Positions 21,980-37,710 of a stretch of 64,000 bases of DNA are shown here, piece after piece. The notes beneath the pieces are model-generated. The model ran no database searches, was not told where the DNA came from, and saw only the letters and a program-made list of their open reading frames with translations. The stretch lies in NCBI GenBank assembly GCA_000004695.1, contig CM000151.3:7520001-7584000 (forward strand), given 5' to 3'. A program made the translations under genes and the position numbers. Within the stretch, counting starts at the first letter, position 1; every line of letters begins with the position of its first letter. The DNA comes from Dictyostelium discoideum (taxonomy: Eukaryota).

Positions 21980-24115
21980 ATGCAAAGAACACTTAGTAAA
22001 GTTATATTGAATAGTGGTAAAAATAATTTACTTAAATCAAGTAATTTATTAAATTCAAATTTATTAAAAGCAACCACTACAAATATAATTGGAATTAAAA
22101 CAATTAATAACAATAACAATGTTAATAGTATTATTGGTTTCAAAAGTTTAAATAAAAGATATTTTACAAGTAATACACCAAAAGTTGAAGAGGAAGATGA
22201 TGAAATTGCACCAGATGAAGCAATTAAAGCAGAGGAAAAAATTAAAGAAACTGAAAGAGTAATTGGTTTATCAGAGAAATTATCATTCCAAACTGAAACT
22301 CAAAAGATTTTACATATTGTAGCAGAAAGTTTATACACAGAAAAGGAAGTTTTCATTAGAGAATTAATTTCAAATGCATCAGATGCAATTGAAAAGGTTA
22401 GACATACTCAATTGACAAATGCATCAATGATTGAGGATGCATCAATTCCATTTGAAATTAAAATTTCAACTGATGAAGATAATAAAACATTGATCATTCA
22501 AGATTCAGGTATTGGTATGACAAAAGATGAAATGATAAAGAATCTTGGTAAGATTGGTTATAGTGGTAGTAGTGATTTCATTAAGAAACTTGGAGAGAAT
22601 CCAGATAAAGCATCTATTATTGGTCAATTTGGTGTTGGTTTCTACAGTTGTTTCATGGTTGGTCATACAATTAAAATCTATACTAAATCAGCTACACCAG
22701 GATCAAAAGGTTATTTATGGGAAAGTGATGGTACCGGTAGTTATTCAATCACTGAAGCAGAGGGTGTTTCACGTGGTACAAAGATTATCATTCATTTGAA
22801 ACCAAGTTCCTATGAATATAGTAAGAAATCAATCGTTGAAAATATCATTAAAAAGTATAGCAATTTCGTTGGATTCCCAATCGCTTTGAATGGTACCACT
22901 GTAAATACAATTAAACCATTATGGACCTTAAATAAGAATGCGATCTCTGAAGAAGAACACAAAGAATTCTATCAATTCCTTAGTAAATCATATGATACTC
23001 CATCTTATAGAGTTCACTTTTCAACCGATACACCATTATCAATTCGTTCAATCTTTTATATTCCATCTCAACATATGGAGAAATATGGTATGGGTAAAAT
23101 GGAACCAGGTGTTTCATTATTCTCAAGAAAGGTATTAATTCAACAAAAAGCCAATGGTATCTTACCAGAATGGATGCGTTTCGTACGTGGTGTCGTTGAT
23201 AGTGAAGATATCCCATTAAACGTTTCTCGTGAACATTTACAAGATAATGGTTTAATTCAAAGAATTTCCTCAGTTTTAGTTAAAAGAATCTTAAAACATT
23301 TAAATGATGAAGCTAAAAGTGATCCAGAGAAATTCAATGTATTTATGACTGAATTTGGTGGTTTCTTCAAAGAGGGTATTATCACCGATTTCAAATGGAA
23401 AGATGAAATCTCAAAACTCTTAAGATTCGAATCTTCAAATGGTTCTACCGCCTCTAAAACTGACGCTGTTTCATTGGAACAATACGTTTCTCGTATGAAA
23501 CCAGAACAAAAAAATATTTATTTCTTATCAGTCCCAAATCGTGCCGTTGGTTTATCATCCCCATACTATGAACCATTCCAATTGAAAGATATTGAAGTCA
23601 TCTTTTTATATAACGCCGTTGACGAATTCGTCTTAACAAATGTCGGTCACTTTGGTGACAAGAAAATCGTTTCTGTAGAATCAAAAGAAGCTGAAGAATT
23701 TTTAGCAACAAATCAAGACAAAAAGACTGAAACCCTCTCTCAAGATGAAATCGATAAATTTTTATCATGGGTTTCCACCGTCGCTTCAGATAAAGTCACT
23801 CAAGCAAAATCAACAACTCGTTCAATCTCTTCACCAGCTATTATCATCGATCATGAATCTGCAAACTTCCGTCGTATGTTGAAAATGGTTGAACCTGGTA
23901 AACAACATGAAACTCCAAAACAAGTCGTTGAATTCAATATGAATCATCCAATTATCTTGAAATTAGTTCAACAAACTGAATCAAATCCAACAATCGCAAA
24001 ATTAGTTATTGACCAAGTTGTTGATAATGCTTTCGTTAGTGCTGGTTTAATTGAAGATAATAGAGAAATGATTCCACGTATTAATCAATTATTAGATTCA
24101 TTATTAACAAAATAA
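21980..24115 (+). CDS. trap1: TRAP1, a mitochondrial HSP90-family chaperone, 711 aa, single exon
   Basis: N-terminal presequence, then ...QTETQKILHIVAESLYTEKEVFIRELISNASDAIEKVRH... (HSP90 ATP-binding signature IRELISNASDA), and a full-length HSP90 middle and C-terminal domain without MEEVD. Confidence 0.85.
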   Translation: MQRTLSKVILNSGKNNLLKSSNLLNSNLLKATTTNIIGIKTINNNNNVNSIIGFKSLNKRYFTSNTPKVEEEDDEIAPDEAIKAEEKIKETERVIGLSEKLSFQTETQKILHIVAESLYTEKEVFIRELISNASDAIEKVRHTQLTNASMIEDASIPFEIKISTDEDNKTLIIQDSGIGMTKDEMIKNLGKIGYSGSSDFIKKLGENPDKASIIGQFGVGFYSCFMVGHTIKIYTKSATPGSKGYLWESDGTGSYSITEAEGVSRGTKIIIHLKPSSYEYSKKSIVENIIKKYSNFVGFPIALNGTTVNTIKPLWTLNKNAISEEEHKEFYQFLSKSYDTPSYRVHFSTDTPLSIRSIFYIPSQHMEKYGMGKMEPGVSLFSRKVLIQQKANGILPEWMRFVRGVVDSEDIPLNVSREHLQDNGLIQRISSVLVKRILKHLNDEAKSDPEKFNVFMTEFGGFFKEGIITDFKWKDEISKLLRFESSNGSTASKTDAVSLEQYVSRMKPEQKNIYFLSVPNRAVGLSSPYYEPFQLKDIEVIFLYNAVDEFVLTNVGHFGDKKIVSVESKEAEEFLATNQDKKTETLSQDEIDKFLSWVSTVASDKVTQAKSTTRSISSPAIIIDHESANFRRMLKMVEPGKQHETPKQVVEFNMNHPIILKLVQQTESNPTIAKLVIDQVVDNAFVSAGLIEDNREMIPRINQLLDSLLTK

Positions 24116-24432
24116 ATATTATAATAAAATCTTTTTTTTTAAAAAAAAAACTTTCAAAACATTTAATTTTTTTGTTTCTTTATACTTTTTTTTTTTTTTA
24201 CAACAAGAAATTCATTAAAATAATTATAAATAAAAAAAAAATAAATAAATAAAATATAAAAAGTTTTAAATTTAAATAATATCATAATTCTTGAATTTTT
24301 TTTTTTTAATGTATGGAAAAAAGGATAAGAAATTATAAGGAAAACCTTGAACTCCCAAAGTGAGATTTTTTGGTGTTTGTCCTTTTTTTTTTTTTGTATA
24401 AATTTTTTTAATTTTTTTTAATTATTTATTAC

Positions 24433-26874
24433 TTATTTTTTAATTGGCTTTTGTACTGCACAAACTGAACAATTTTTATCTTTTTCATCATTATCAGTTT
24501 CACAGCATGGGCATCTCCATAAATCTTTTTTTTCTTCTTTTGGTTTTATAGTTGAACTACCAAATAAATTTGCAGTGTTTGTTGAAGAAGAAAATAATGA
24601 TTGTGGAGGTTGTGAGAATAAATTTGAACCATTTACAGGTGCTGAAAATAATGAATTAGTTTTTGGTGTTTCTTTTTTCTTTAATCTTGGTACCATACAG
24701 GTATCACAACTTTTTAATTTTGGGTCATTTTCATTTTCACAACTATTACATATCCATTTTTCATCTTTTTTTGTTGTTTTTGTTGTTGTTACTGCCGCTG
24801 TTGGTGTTGTTGATAATATTGGATTGGTTTTTTTTTTTTCTTCTTCATTTGGTTTACTGGAATTTGTTGAGGTTGTAGTTGAGGATGGTGGTGGTTTTGA
24901 GAATAAATTGGAGGCATTTGTTGGTGTTGTTGTGGTTGAAAATAATGATGGTGGTGGTTTAGAGAATAAATCTGAAGCGTTTGTTGGTGTTGTTGTAGTT
25001 GAAAATAATGATTGTGGTGGTTTGGAGAATAAATCTGAAGCATTTGATGTGTTGGTTGATGGTGTAGAAAATAATGATGCAGATGGTTTTGCAGAGAATA
25101 ATGATGCAGAATCAACTTTTGGTGGTACAACTGCTGATGCTGCAGTTGAATTTTGTTTTGGTCTTGGTACCATACAAACTGTACAAGTATTATCTTTATC
25201 ACTATGTTCAGTTTCACAACATGCACATTTCCATTTTGAATCTTCTGGTTTCTTCTTTAATCTTGGTACCATACAAACTGTACATGTATTTACCTTTTCG
25301 TCATGTTCAGCTTCACAACATGCACATTTCCATTTGGCTTCTTCTGGTTTCTTCTTTAATCTTGGTACCATGCAAACTGTACAAGTAGTAACTTTTTCAT
25401 CATGTTCAGCTTCACAACATGCACATTTCCATTTGGCTTCTTCTGATTTCTTCTTTAATCTTGGTACCATACAAACTGTACATGTATTTACCTTTTCGTC
25501 ATGTTCAGCTTCACAACATGCACATTTCCATTTGGTTTGATCTTGACTCTCTGTTTTCTTTTGTTCATTTGGTTTAATGGTAGTAGAGGTTGAAGGACCA
25601 AATAAGTTGGTTGTATTGATTGGAGTGTTTGATGAAAATAAAGATTGTGGTGGTTTTGAGAATAAATCTGAACTATTTGATGTTGTTGATGAAGTTGCTG
25701 TTGAAAATAATGATTGTGGTGGTTTAGAGAATAAATCTGAACTATTTGTTGTTGTTGTTGTTGTTGTTGTTGTTGATGAAGTTGCTGTTGAAAATAATGA
25801 TTGGGGTGGTTTAGAGAATAAATCTGAAGCACCATTAGTATTGGTGGTAGTAGTAGTATTTGCTGTTGAAAATAATGATTGTGGTGGTTTTGAGAATAAG
25901 TCTGAAGCACCATTAGTATTAGTAGTAGTATTTGCTGAGAACAATGATTGTGGTGGTTTTGAGAATAAATCGCCATTAGTAGTAGTAGTTGATGGTGCAG
26001 AAAATAATGATGCAGATGGTTTTGCAGAGAATAATGATGCAGAATCAACTTTTGGTGGTACAACTGCTGATGCTGTTGTTGAGTTTTTTTTTAGTCTTGG
26101 TACCATACAAACTGTACATGTATTTACCTTTTCATCATGTTCAGCTTCACAACATGCACATTTCCATTTTGAATCTTCTGGTTTCTTCTTTAATCTTGGT
26201 ACCATACAAACTGTACATGTATTTACCTTTTCGTCATGTTCAGCTTCACAACATGCACATTTCCATTTGGCTTCTTCTGGTTTCTTTTCTGTATTTGTAT
26301 TATTGTTGTTATTAATAGTATTAGTAGTATTATTTGCTAGGGCAGCTGGTTTTGAGAATGAAAATGATGCAAATGGATTCGTTGAAACTGGTGGCGATGT
26401 TGTGGTTGATGTTGCTATTGCTGGTGATGCAGCTGGTTTTGAGAATGAAAATGTTGCAAATGGATTTGTTGATACTGGTGGTATTGTTGTGGTTGATGTT
26501 GCTATTGCTGGTGATGCAGCTGGTTTTGAGAATGAAAATGTTGCAAATGGATTTGCTGTAACTGGTGGTGATGTGGTTGATACTGCTGGAGTTGGTGCTG
26601 GTACTGGTGCTGGTGTTTCTGCTGGTTTTGATCTTGGTTTTAATTTAAAAATTCTATTACATTCAATGATTTGGGGTTAGAAATATGCTCTTTTTAAATT
26701 AAATTAAATCATCAATGCTGTGGTTGTTACATACTTTCTTGTTGATATTTCCTCTTTTGAAGCCCTTTCAAAAGTTGAACCATCTGAAAATGTCTTAATT
26801 CCAGTTTGTGGGTTATCATCATCATCATCATCTTCTTCAATGATATCCTCCCTTCTTCTATGATCACCTTCCAT
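24433..26874 (-). CDS. Nucleoporin-like protein of Nup153/Nup50 type. It has an acidic N-terminus, NPFA/FSFSKPAA and xLFS repeat regions, and at least six RanBP2-type zinc fingers. Model is complement(join(24433..26653,26735..26874)), about 786 aa.
   Basis: Exon 1 MEGDHRRREDIIEEDDDDDDNPQTGIKTFSDGSTFERASKEEISTRK resembles the Nup50/Nup2 importin-alpha-binding N-terminus. The donor is GTATGT, and an 81-bp intron ends in AG at 26654. Exon 2 carries repeats W-x-C-x2-C-x3-H/N-x6-C-x2-C (WKCACCEAEHDEKVNTCTVC), which is the RanBP2 zinc-finger pattern, and FG-like repeats. The ORF-track 'M' at 26205 is internal. Confidence 0.6.
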
Positions 26875-27094
26875 TAATCTTTTTTTCTTTCCTTCGCCTA
26901 TACAATAGTTTTTTTTTTATTTTTTTTTTTTTTATTAATAATCTATAAATATAAATATGTATATATAGTTGATATATATAGTTGATATATAGACATATGG
27001 TTATTTTTATTTAATAATTACTCATTTTAAGTAATATATTTGTTTAATGGAATAATAAATTTAAAAAAAATTAATTATAACACACCGAGATGAC

Positions 27095-27125
<31 letters not shown>

Positions 27126-27274
27126 CAACAAGCGAGTTTGGTTTCTTTTTTTTTTTTTTTTTTTTTAATTTTTTTTTTTTTTTTGCGAATCAAAAAATAA
27201 AAAAAACCAATCCACAACAAATAAAAATTTATCTATACAAATTAATTTTTTTTATTTATTTACAATTTTATATT

Positions 27275-30200
27275 TTTCACTTCTATTTATTTTCACTTAC
27301 AAAATCCTTCATTTTGTTATTAATTTCAGATTTAACTTTTAATTCTTTTCTTTTTTTAATTATAAAATAGGTTGAAATAACAACAATTATAATTGCAAAT
27401 AGAACACAACCTATAATAATACCAGCTAGTTGGGTTGATGATATTGATGGTTCTTTATTTTTACAAATTGCATCTTCTTCATCTGAAACTGAATTATCAT
27501 CAACTAAAATTGAAAAATCTATGGATAGATAATTGAAAAAAATAATAAAATTAGTTGATTAATTTTTTTTTAATTTTTTTTTTTCTATTTAAAAAAAAGG
27601 TGGAAATAAATAAATTAATAATTACCAGGATCAATTATAACATTATCATTGAAATATGGAATTGTAATACCAATAAAAGATTGTAATTCATTTGGATTTG
27701 AAAGAGCATTTAAAGAAGAATCTAATAAAATATTATCAACACTTTTAACAAAAGTATCAACGATCGCTCTTCTAATGAATCTACCATATAGCGAGACATC
27801 ATCAACTTTAATTTTTAAATAATTTGAATTATCACCTGAACTAGTTTCACCATATTCTCTAAGTGAACAAACTTTATCATCATCTTGAGTGGTTGAAATT
27901 GAAGCTTCCATAACTAATTGTAAATTATGTAATGGATTTTCAAATTGATAACTTGAGATTGAAATTGTGAATTTAGTAGTGGATGGATTCATTGAAATGT
28001 TTTGATTAGCAAATTGAATGGTAGTTTCATTTTCAAACCATTGTAATACTGTAGCTATTTGAGTTTGTGTTGTTGTATTGCCATCCAATGATTTAACATT
28101 GATTGTTGTTGTGTATCTACTACTTGATGAATCAATTTTTGAATAACTCCATTTACCAAATTTAAAAGTTTTAATTGGTTTATTATTAATATCCATTTCT
28201 CTTAATGATGAAACTGCAATCAAAGTTTTAAAAAATACTGAATTTTCATTAAGTGAATTCGATGATGATGATGATGATTGTTGTTGTTGTTCAAAACTAA
28301 CTTGAATTTCTGAAGTTGGATAAGTTGTATTAAATTTTGGTTGATCCAATACGATTGTCTTTGATAAGCAATCTAATCCAGTATATGGTGAAAAACAAAC
28401 ACATCCATTAGATGTACAATATCCATTTTTAGGTGAACCACATAATGGTGTACCTTTACATTGTTGTGGTTGATTTGTTACTAATGGTGTTGTTGTTGGT
28501 AGTGATGGTGTTGGTGTAGTTTCATTGATTGGAGTTGTTGGTGATGGTGTTGTGGTTGGTGATTCACTACTTGTATTATTATTATCATTATTATTATTAT
28601 CATCATCATCATAATAATTAAAAATTATTGGTATTATTAAATATTCATTTGATTCAATACCATTTAAATCTATTAATTTTATAATAAAATTTTGATTTGT
28701 TTTTTTTATACCATCAAATAATAAAGCTGTTGAATAAGATTTAATTGGTGTTAAATGTTGTTGAGAGAAACCTATTAAATTTTCATCTAAATAATTTATT
28801 TTTAATGAAAGAGTTGAATGAAATTCTCTGCCAATAACCCAAAGTTCACCACCTTCAGATGTTATCTGACTTGATGATTCTATTGCTAAATATCTAGTGA
28901 AACCAATATCAACACCTGATGTTATGAAATGTCTAGAGATATAGTCTGATGAGAAACCACTAAAATGACCACCATTATTAATGAAACCATAAATTGAGAA
29001 ATATATAGTTGAAATATTAGCAAAGCTAATTGGAAATTCAATAGTTGATTTATATTTAACATTTGTATCATTCATAAAAACAATAGTTGGTATACTTTGA
29101 ATTGATTGCATTGGTGTAATACCATAAAGTGTTGGGAGTTGGTTTGGTTTTAAACCACTATCTAAATCTCTTGCTTCAAATAATATTGTAATAGTTTTTT
29201 GATTTTGTTGTGAGGATGATTTCTCAATTGAGAATGATAAAAGTTCAGGTGGTGTTAAATCGATATAGTCACCACAATCATATGAAAATTTAAATACATT
29301 TGGATTTGATAAATAATTTATAAATGGATTTGTAGTTGAATAATAACCACCATCTTTATTCCATTCTTGAAATACGGCTCTATTACCATGACTATCATAT
29401 AAAATAACATCACTAATTACATATGTTTGGTTAAAACATTTCAAATTATTACTCCTTATTAATAACGTATGTTCATATATACCAATCTTATTTGTACCAA
29501 ATACTCTATTAAATTCTGTTAATTGAAATTTATAAATTGAATTATCAACTTCTCCTCTTATTATAAAATCACCATGACTAAATCCATTAATTAAATCTTC
29601 AATTTCAAATATTACAATTAGTGAATGTGAAATATTCCTTTGTTGAATTGATGTAATAATTGGACCATATCCATCATAACCTAAAAAATAATAAATAAAT
29701 AATAGTTTTAGAAAATAAATAATTAAATAAATAAATAATTGAAAAAAACCTTACTTGTATTTAAAATTATTAATTGATTTTCTAAAGGAAAAAATGAATT
29801 ACTAATTTGTAAACTATTTTGATTACCATTTGTTAGGAACCAAGGAAGAATTCCACTCATTGAATTTGCATTTATAAAAAATTCAATTTGAAACATTTTA
29901 ATAGTTGAATTCCATTTAGAATAATAAAATTTATTATCTTTTAATGGTTCACCTGGAATATATGATGTTCTATCACTTAAATGTAATGCAAATGTTATTT
30001 GATTATTCGTTATTATATTTGAACCTGTATAATTGAAATACATTACATTTGCTCTTTTTTTATTTTTAACATTAATATTATTAAATAAAAATTTAATATT
30101 TCGAATATTTTGAATATCAATATCTAAAAATAAATAATCAATTAAAAATTAATAAACTATTAATTCAAGATTAAATTAAAAAATTAAAAAATAAATTAAA

Positions 30201-32137
30201 TTTTAAAAATAATTACCAAAATTAAAAGGATAATTGATTTTTAAAGGTGGAGAAATTGAATAAAATGATGATGTTGTATATAATGATTTCTTTCCATTTG
30301 TACCAGAAATTTCAATACCACCACCACCACCATCTTCATCTAAAGATCCAAATAAAAAATCTACAATAATTTCAAAAGTTGTATTATTAATTTCATTAGA
30401 TGTACATTTTTCTAATCCAAAATAATAAACTTCATTAATTTTAATATAACCTGGAAGATTATTCAATGATGCATCTGTAGTTATTTTGATTAAATATTTA
30501 AATTCAAATAAATGATTTATTTCATATGATAAAATTTTTTGAAAATTTGAACCTATAATTAAATAATAAATAATAATAAATTATTAAATATACTTTTAAA
30601 AAAAAAAAAAAAAAAATTGAAAAACATACCTGAATTACCAATTGTATTAATAAACTTTATAGGTTCAGAATTAATTTGAAATTGTAATGGTGATAAAGTT
30701 AATGGTGGAAATGAAAATGAAGCTTCATAATTAAAAGATTCATTTGATCCATTTGCAAAGCCAAATGGGAATGATGAAGAAATTACTTTTAAACCATTTA
30801 AATAATAATCATTTGTTGAATGTTTAAATTTTGAAATACTTCTAAATGAAATTGTAAAAAATGTTGGATTTATTTGAGAATAACCAATACTTGATGGTGT
30901 TCCAAATGAATCTTGTTTTTTTTCTATAAAATTTTTATTTTATGTTATTATTAAGTGATTATACTATTTTAATAAAAATAAAAATAAAAAAAATAAAAAA
31001 ATAAAACCTACCTTTAAAATTTAATTTTATAGTTGAAATATCAATAAAAGAAGTACCATTTAAAGTTTTTAAAGTAAGGTTTTCACCATTATCCGAATTC
31101 CTTATTTGACCAATGAATGTATATTGTCCAGGATATCCATATATTGGTGATATAGTATTTTGAAAATTTGGGGAATTTGGATTGTGTATATTATAATATG
31201 GAAATAAACTACTTGAATTAATTTTAAATAATGGTCCATACCCTATCCCTTTTTCTTCAATTATTGAATTTGAATTCGGGTATAAAGCTATATTTATATG
31301 TCTATTTATATTATCTATTAAAAATTATAATAAAATTATTAACATACAAATGTATATAATTTAATTTAATTTTTTAAAAAAAAATACATTACAATTTAAA
31401 AAAATTGATTCTAATTTTATATGTAATTGTCCTGATGCAAAATCAATAGTAATGCTTTTAGGATTTGTTTGTACTAATGAACTTGAGATAGCAAATGTAT
31501 TTCTACCAATCTTTGAATACTTTATATCTAATTCAATAAACTTAATTTTATTTAATGAAACATTTAAACTTTCAAATTTTAATATCCATGGAAAAGTATT
31601 ATATGGATTAAATTCTTGATTACTACCAACTACTGAATAAATAATATTATTTAAAGGGGATATTTCTTTTTTTTTTTTTTTTTTTTTTTCAAAAATAATT
31701 GTTAATTAATCTGTTGTAATTTATTTATTGGAATATATTAATTTTTATTTTTATTTTTATTTACCTAAACATGAAAATTTATAAACAAAAGTACTACTTT
31801 TACTTCCTGCTGTTACAATTATTGTAAATTCATAATAACCATAATCTGCTCCTAAAAATTCAAAGCTATTGATTTCTGAACTACTATTATTTATTTTTGA
31901 TCCTTTGAATACTGCAAGTGGTGTATTTGAACTATAATTGAAAGGAATACCAGTTTTTAAATCATCAACTGATAGGAAATTAAAAATGAAATTACAAGTT
32001 GATAATTCCGATGAATTTGGATATTTATTTTGTTCGTCAAATGATGATGATAGATCATATATTTTTATTGATTGAGCTTTTATTAATAATACAGAGTTTA
32101 ATAATAAAAATAAAAATAAAAATAGAAATATCTTCAT
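27275..32137 (-). CDS. Large multi-exon type-I membrane glycoprotein. It has a signal peptide, a ~1200-aa extracellular region, a Thr/Pro-rich stalk, one EGF-like module, a single TM helix and a short basic tail. There are at least 8 exons. It is possibly of the EGF-like-domain 'ComC-family' kind.
   Basis: Exon 1 starts at ATG 32137 (MKIFLFLFLFLLLNSVLLIKAQS) and its donor is GTAAAT at ~31765. Internal coding exons include 30203-30466, 29723-30043 and others in 30470-31750. The largest exon is 27615-29444 and contains the EGF-like module CKGTPLCGSPKNGYCTSNGCVCFSPYTGLDC. The donor GTAATT at 27614 and acceptor AG at 27526 lead to the TM exon 27298-27525 (...AGIIIGCVLFAIIIVVISTYFIIKKRKELK...KDFV|GTAAGT). 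The 3' terminus is approximate. Confidence 0.55.
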
Positions 32138-32464
32138 TTTGTATTTTTTATTACCAAACGGTTTATTATTTTTTTTTTTTTTTGTTTTACTTTTTTTTTT
32201 TTTAATCAAAAATCATTTGATTAACAAAGGTCGCATGTAGAAAAAAAGAAAATATAAAAAATTAAAAAAAAAAATAAAAAAAAAAATAAAAAAAACCTCC
32301 ATTTTGCAATAGACGAAAAAGATTTTTTATTCTGTTTTTGAAAAAAAAAAAAAAAAAGAGGAAAAATAAAATAAAAAAAAAGAAAGTATTAAAAAAAAAA
32401 TAAAAAATTATCAATCCAAAAAAAAATCAATTAATAGGTGTTTTTGATCGAATTATATCTTCAT

Positions 32465-32950
32465 ATAATTTTAGTAATTTTCAATCGAAATTATACTTTT
32501 TTTAATTACAAAAAAGATCTCGTTACTCAATACTGGTGGTCGATTTTATAAAAATAAGCGAAGGGATCTCTTTAATTATGATGCCTTTCCAATCCAAATT
32601 GAATCTGATAAAGTTTCTCATTTTAAAGTTTTTAATAATAGAACGAAAGAATTTATTAATGAATGTAAAGACTATTTCAAACTCTCTGATGATGAAAATG
32701 TCTATTCAATTTGTCTTTATAAAAATCAATGCTCTTGTGGGTCAAAAAATAAAATATATTCATGCTGGAAAGTAAATTGTACTAATGGTATATGCCTGCA
32801 ATGTATTAAAAAGTCTTCATTTGCTTCCAATTATTGTCTGTATACCTTTTTCAAAAAAAATTTTAAATATTGCATTCAATGTATTTCTGATTCAATCAAA
32901 AATAAATCATGTATTATTTGGTGTTCAAAATCCTATTGAAGACATATACT
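32465..32950 (+). CDS. Cysteine-rich 161-codon open frame with no ATG anywhere in it. It may be an exon of an unannotated gene, a non-AUG-initiated small protein, or a recent pseudogene.
   Basis: Frame 0 is open from 32465 to the TGA at 32948-50, which is improbable by chance at ~75% AT. The product is ...KDYFKLSDDENVYSICLYKNQCSCGSKNKIYSCWKVNCTNGICLQCIKKSSFASNYCLYTFFKKNFKYCIQCISDSIKNKSCIIWCSKSY with zinc-finger-like CxC/CxxC spacing. Frame +1 is also almost entirely open over the same span. Confidence 0.25.
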
Positions 32951-33187
32951 ATTCTAATTTACATTCAGACAATTCATTAAATTAATAAAAATAATAGATA
33001 TTTAAGTGTTATGAAGGAGGTTTTTTTTTTTATTTAAGTTTAATAAATTTAAATTAAAGCATGGAGATTTGTCACATTAATTTTTTATTTTTTTATTTTT
33101 TTTGGCTTGAATATTTTGTCGGCAAGCTGCCAAAATTTTTTGACAATCTGGTTTATTAATTCAAATTATTATTTCAATAATAATTAT

Positions 33188-33224
<37 letters not shown>

Positions 33225-33418
33225 ATCAATATTGTATCACTTTATTGTTTAAAATTTTAATTGATTTATTTATTCATTTTTTTTTTTTTCATGTTTTTTA
33301 TTTTATTTTATTTTATTTTATTTAGTTATTTATTTTTTTTTATTATTTATTTATTATTTTTTTTATTATTTATTTTTTTATTTATTTATTTTTTAATTTA
33401 TTTATTTATTTTATTTAT

Positions 33419-33462
33419 TTATTTATTTATTTATTAATTTATTTATATATTTATATATATAT

Positions 33463-33537
<75 letters not shown>

Positions 33538-33540
33538 TAT
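33419..33540. repeat. (TTTA)n / (ATTT)n intergenic microsatellite block. Similar blocks are at 34990-35090 and 51130-51195.
   Basis: A run of tttatttatttattt... Confidence 0.85.
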
Positions 33541-34121
33541 ATTTTTTTATTTATCATTTATTTTTTTTTTAAAAGGAATATTAAATTTGAAAAACTTAAC
33601 CCAAAAAAAATAAAATAAAAAAAGAAATGGGAAAATTTAAAAAAAATGGTGAGAGAAAATTGAAAAAATCTAATTTTTGAGAATTATTAAAAAAAAAAAA
33701 AATAAAAAAAAATAAAATTTATTAATTATTGATTGTAATTCAAATAATAATAATTTTTAATTAATTTTTGACATCAATTTTAATGTAGAACAACGAATTC
33801 TTAAAAAAGGAAGATTTTTTTATAAATCTAATTTTTTATTATAAAACATAATAAAATAAAACATATTGCAAAAAAAAAAAAAAAAAAATAATTATAATAA
33901 TAAAAAAAATATGTAAATCAACATGGATATTATTTAGATATATATTTTTATAAAAAAAAATATTTAAAAAAAGAAAAAAAAAAAATTTTTCCAAAATAAA
34001 AAACAAAATGAATATCTTAATAGAATAAGAAACCCGTGCACAAAAAATAAAATAATGGACACATCTGACAAAAAAAAAATCCAAAAAAATAAAATAATTA
34101 AAAAAAGAAAAAAAAAAAATA

Positions 34122-34164
<43 letters not shown>

Positions 34165-34178
34165 AAAAGATTAATCAA

Positions 34179-34210
<32 letters not shown>

Positions 34211-34581
34211 AATTCTTGTATATATCTTAAAAAAAAGATTTATATCACCTTAAAATTCCTTGTGATTTAGTGGTCTAAAAATAATTTTACTATTAAAAAT
34301 TTTAGTATTTCCCCCTAAACCCTGATTCTCTTTAATCCAGAATACAAAATTGAGGCTAAAAATAAAAATTATTATAATATGATTACCCAATATGAAGAAA
34401 ATATATTATTGTGTAAAATCATTATATATCTAAAAAAAATAGATTTATAAATTGTCACAATATTATTATCGGAGCACTAAATCCAATTTCGTCACACTCT
34501 AATTTTAACATCAATTGATTTTTAGTACCCGATAAAAAGAAAAAAACCAAAAATCAAAGAGATCTAAAAATGGAATCAACA

Positions 34582-34615
<34 letters not shown>

Positions 34616-35132
34616 AAAAATCAAAAATCCAATTACTTGAATAATTTTTAATTTTTTCTAATTTTTTTCAATTTTTTTTCTTTTTGATCAATTTACAAAT
34701 CCCCACTAATTTATTAAAAAAAAAAAAAAAAAAAAATAGCCACCACACAACAACCCATTTAAATTTCAGCTCCACATTAATTTTAAGATTTATAATATTT
34801 TATATACAATTTTTTACATATAAAGCTATGTTCCTAATAAACACATTATCACACAGACCAAAATCTCTAAAAATAAGATTACGAAGTCATGAGTTAGTTT
34901 AATATATAGTTTTATAAATCTATTTTTTTTTTTTATTATAAATTTACTTTTTTTTTTTTCTTTTTATTTTACTTTTTATTATTTATTCAAATAAAGTAAA
35001 TAATTATATATAAATAAATAAAATAAATAAAATAAATAAATAAATAAAATAAATAAATAAAATAAATAAATAAATAAATAAATAAATAAACAATTATTTT
35101 ATAATAATAATAATAAATTATATTTAAATAAA

Positions 35133-37414
<2,282 letters not shown>

Positions 37415-37710
37415 TTAATTGTAATCTCGAAATTTGAGACTTTTTTTAAAAAATAATTTATTTCTTCACTATATCATTTTATCTGTTTCTGATATTTTTA
37501 AAATCCATATTATCTGTACAAAAATAATTTAAATATTAATAAAATAAAAAATAATTAATAATAATAACAATAAACAATTTGATAATGTTTTAAGTTGTTC
37601 TTTAATAATTAATTAATTTTAAGTGTTTAATATAATATATTTATTTTTATTTTTTTATTTTTTTTATTTTTTTATTTTTTATTTTGTATTTGATTATTAT
37701 AATTATTAAT

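Noticed and set aside
24575-26680. Long plus-strand ORFs (24575-25540, 25577-26680, 25074-25388, 25989-26315, 26334-26561) and minus-strand alternate-frame ORFs (24789-25226, 25488-26063) over the Nup153-like gene
   Set aside because: These are antisense or alternate-frame read-through of low-complexity repeat-encoding DNA. The sense frame carries the recognisable zinc-finger and FG-like repeats.
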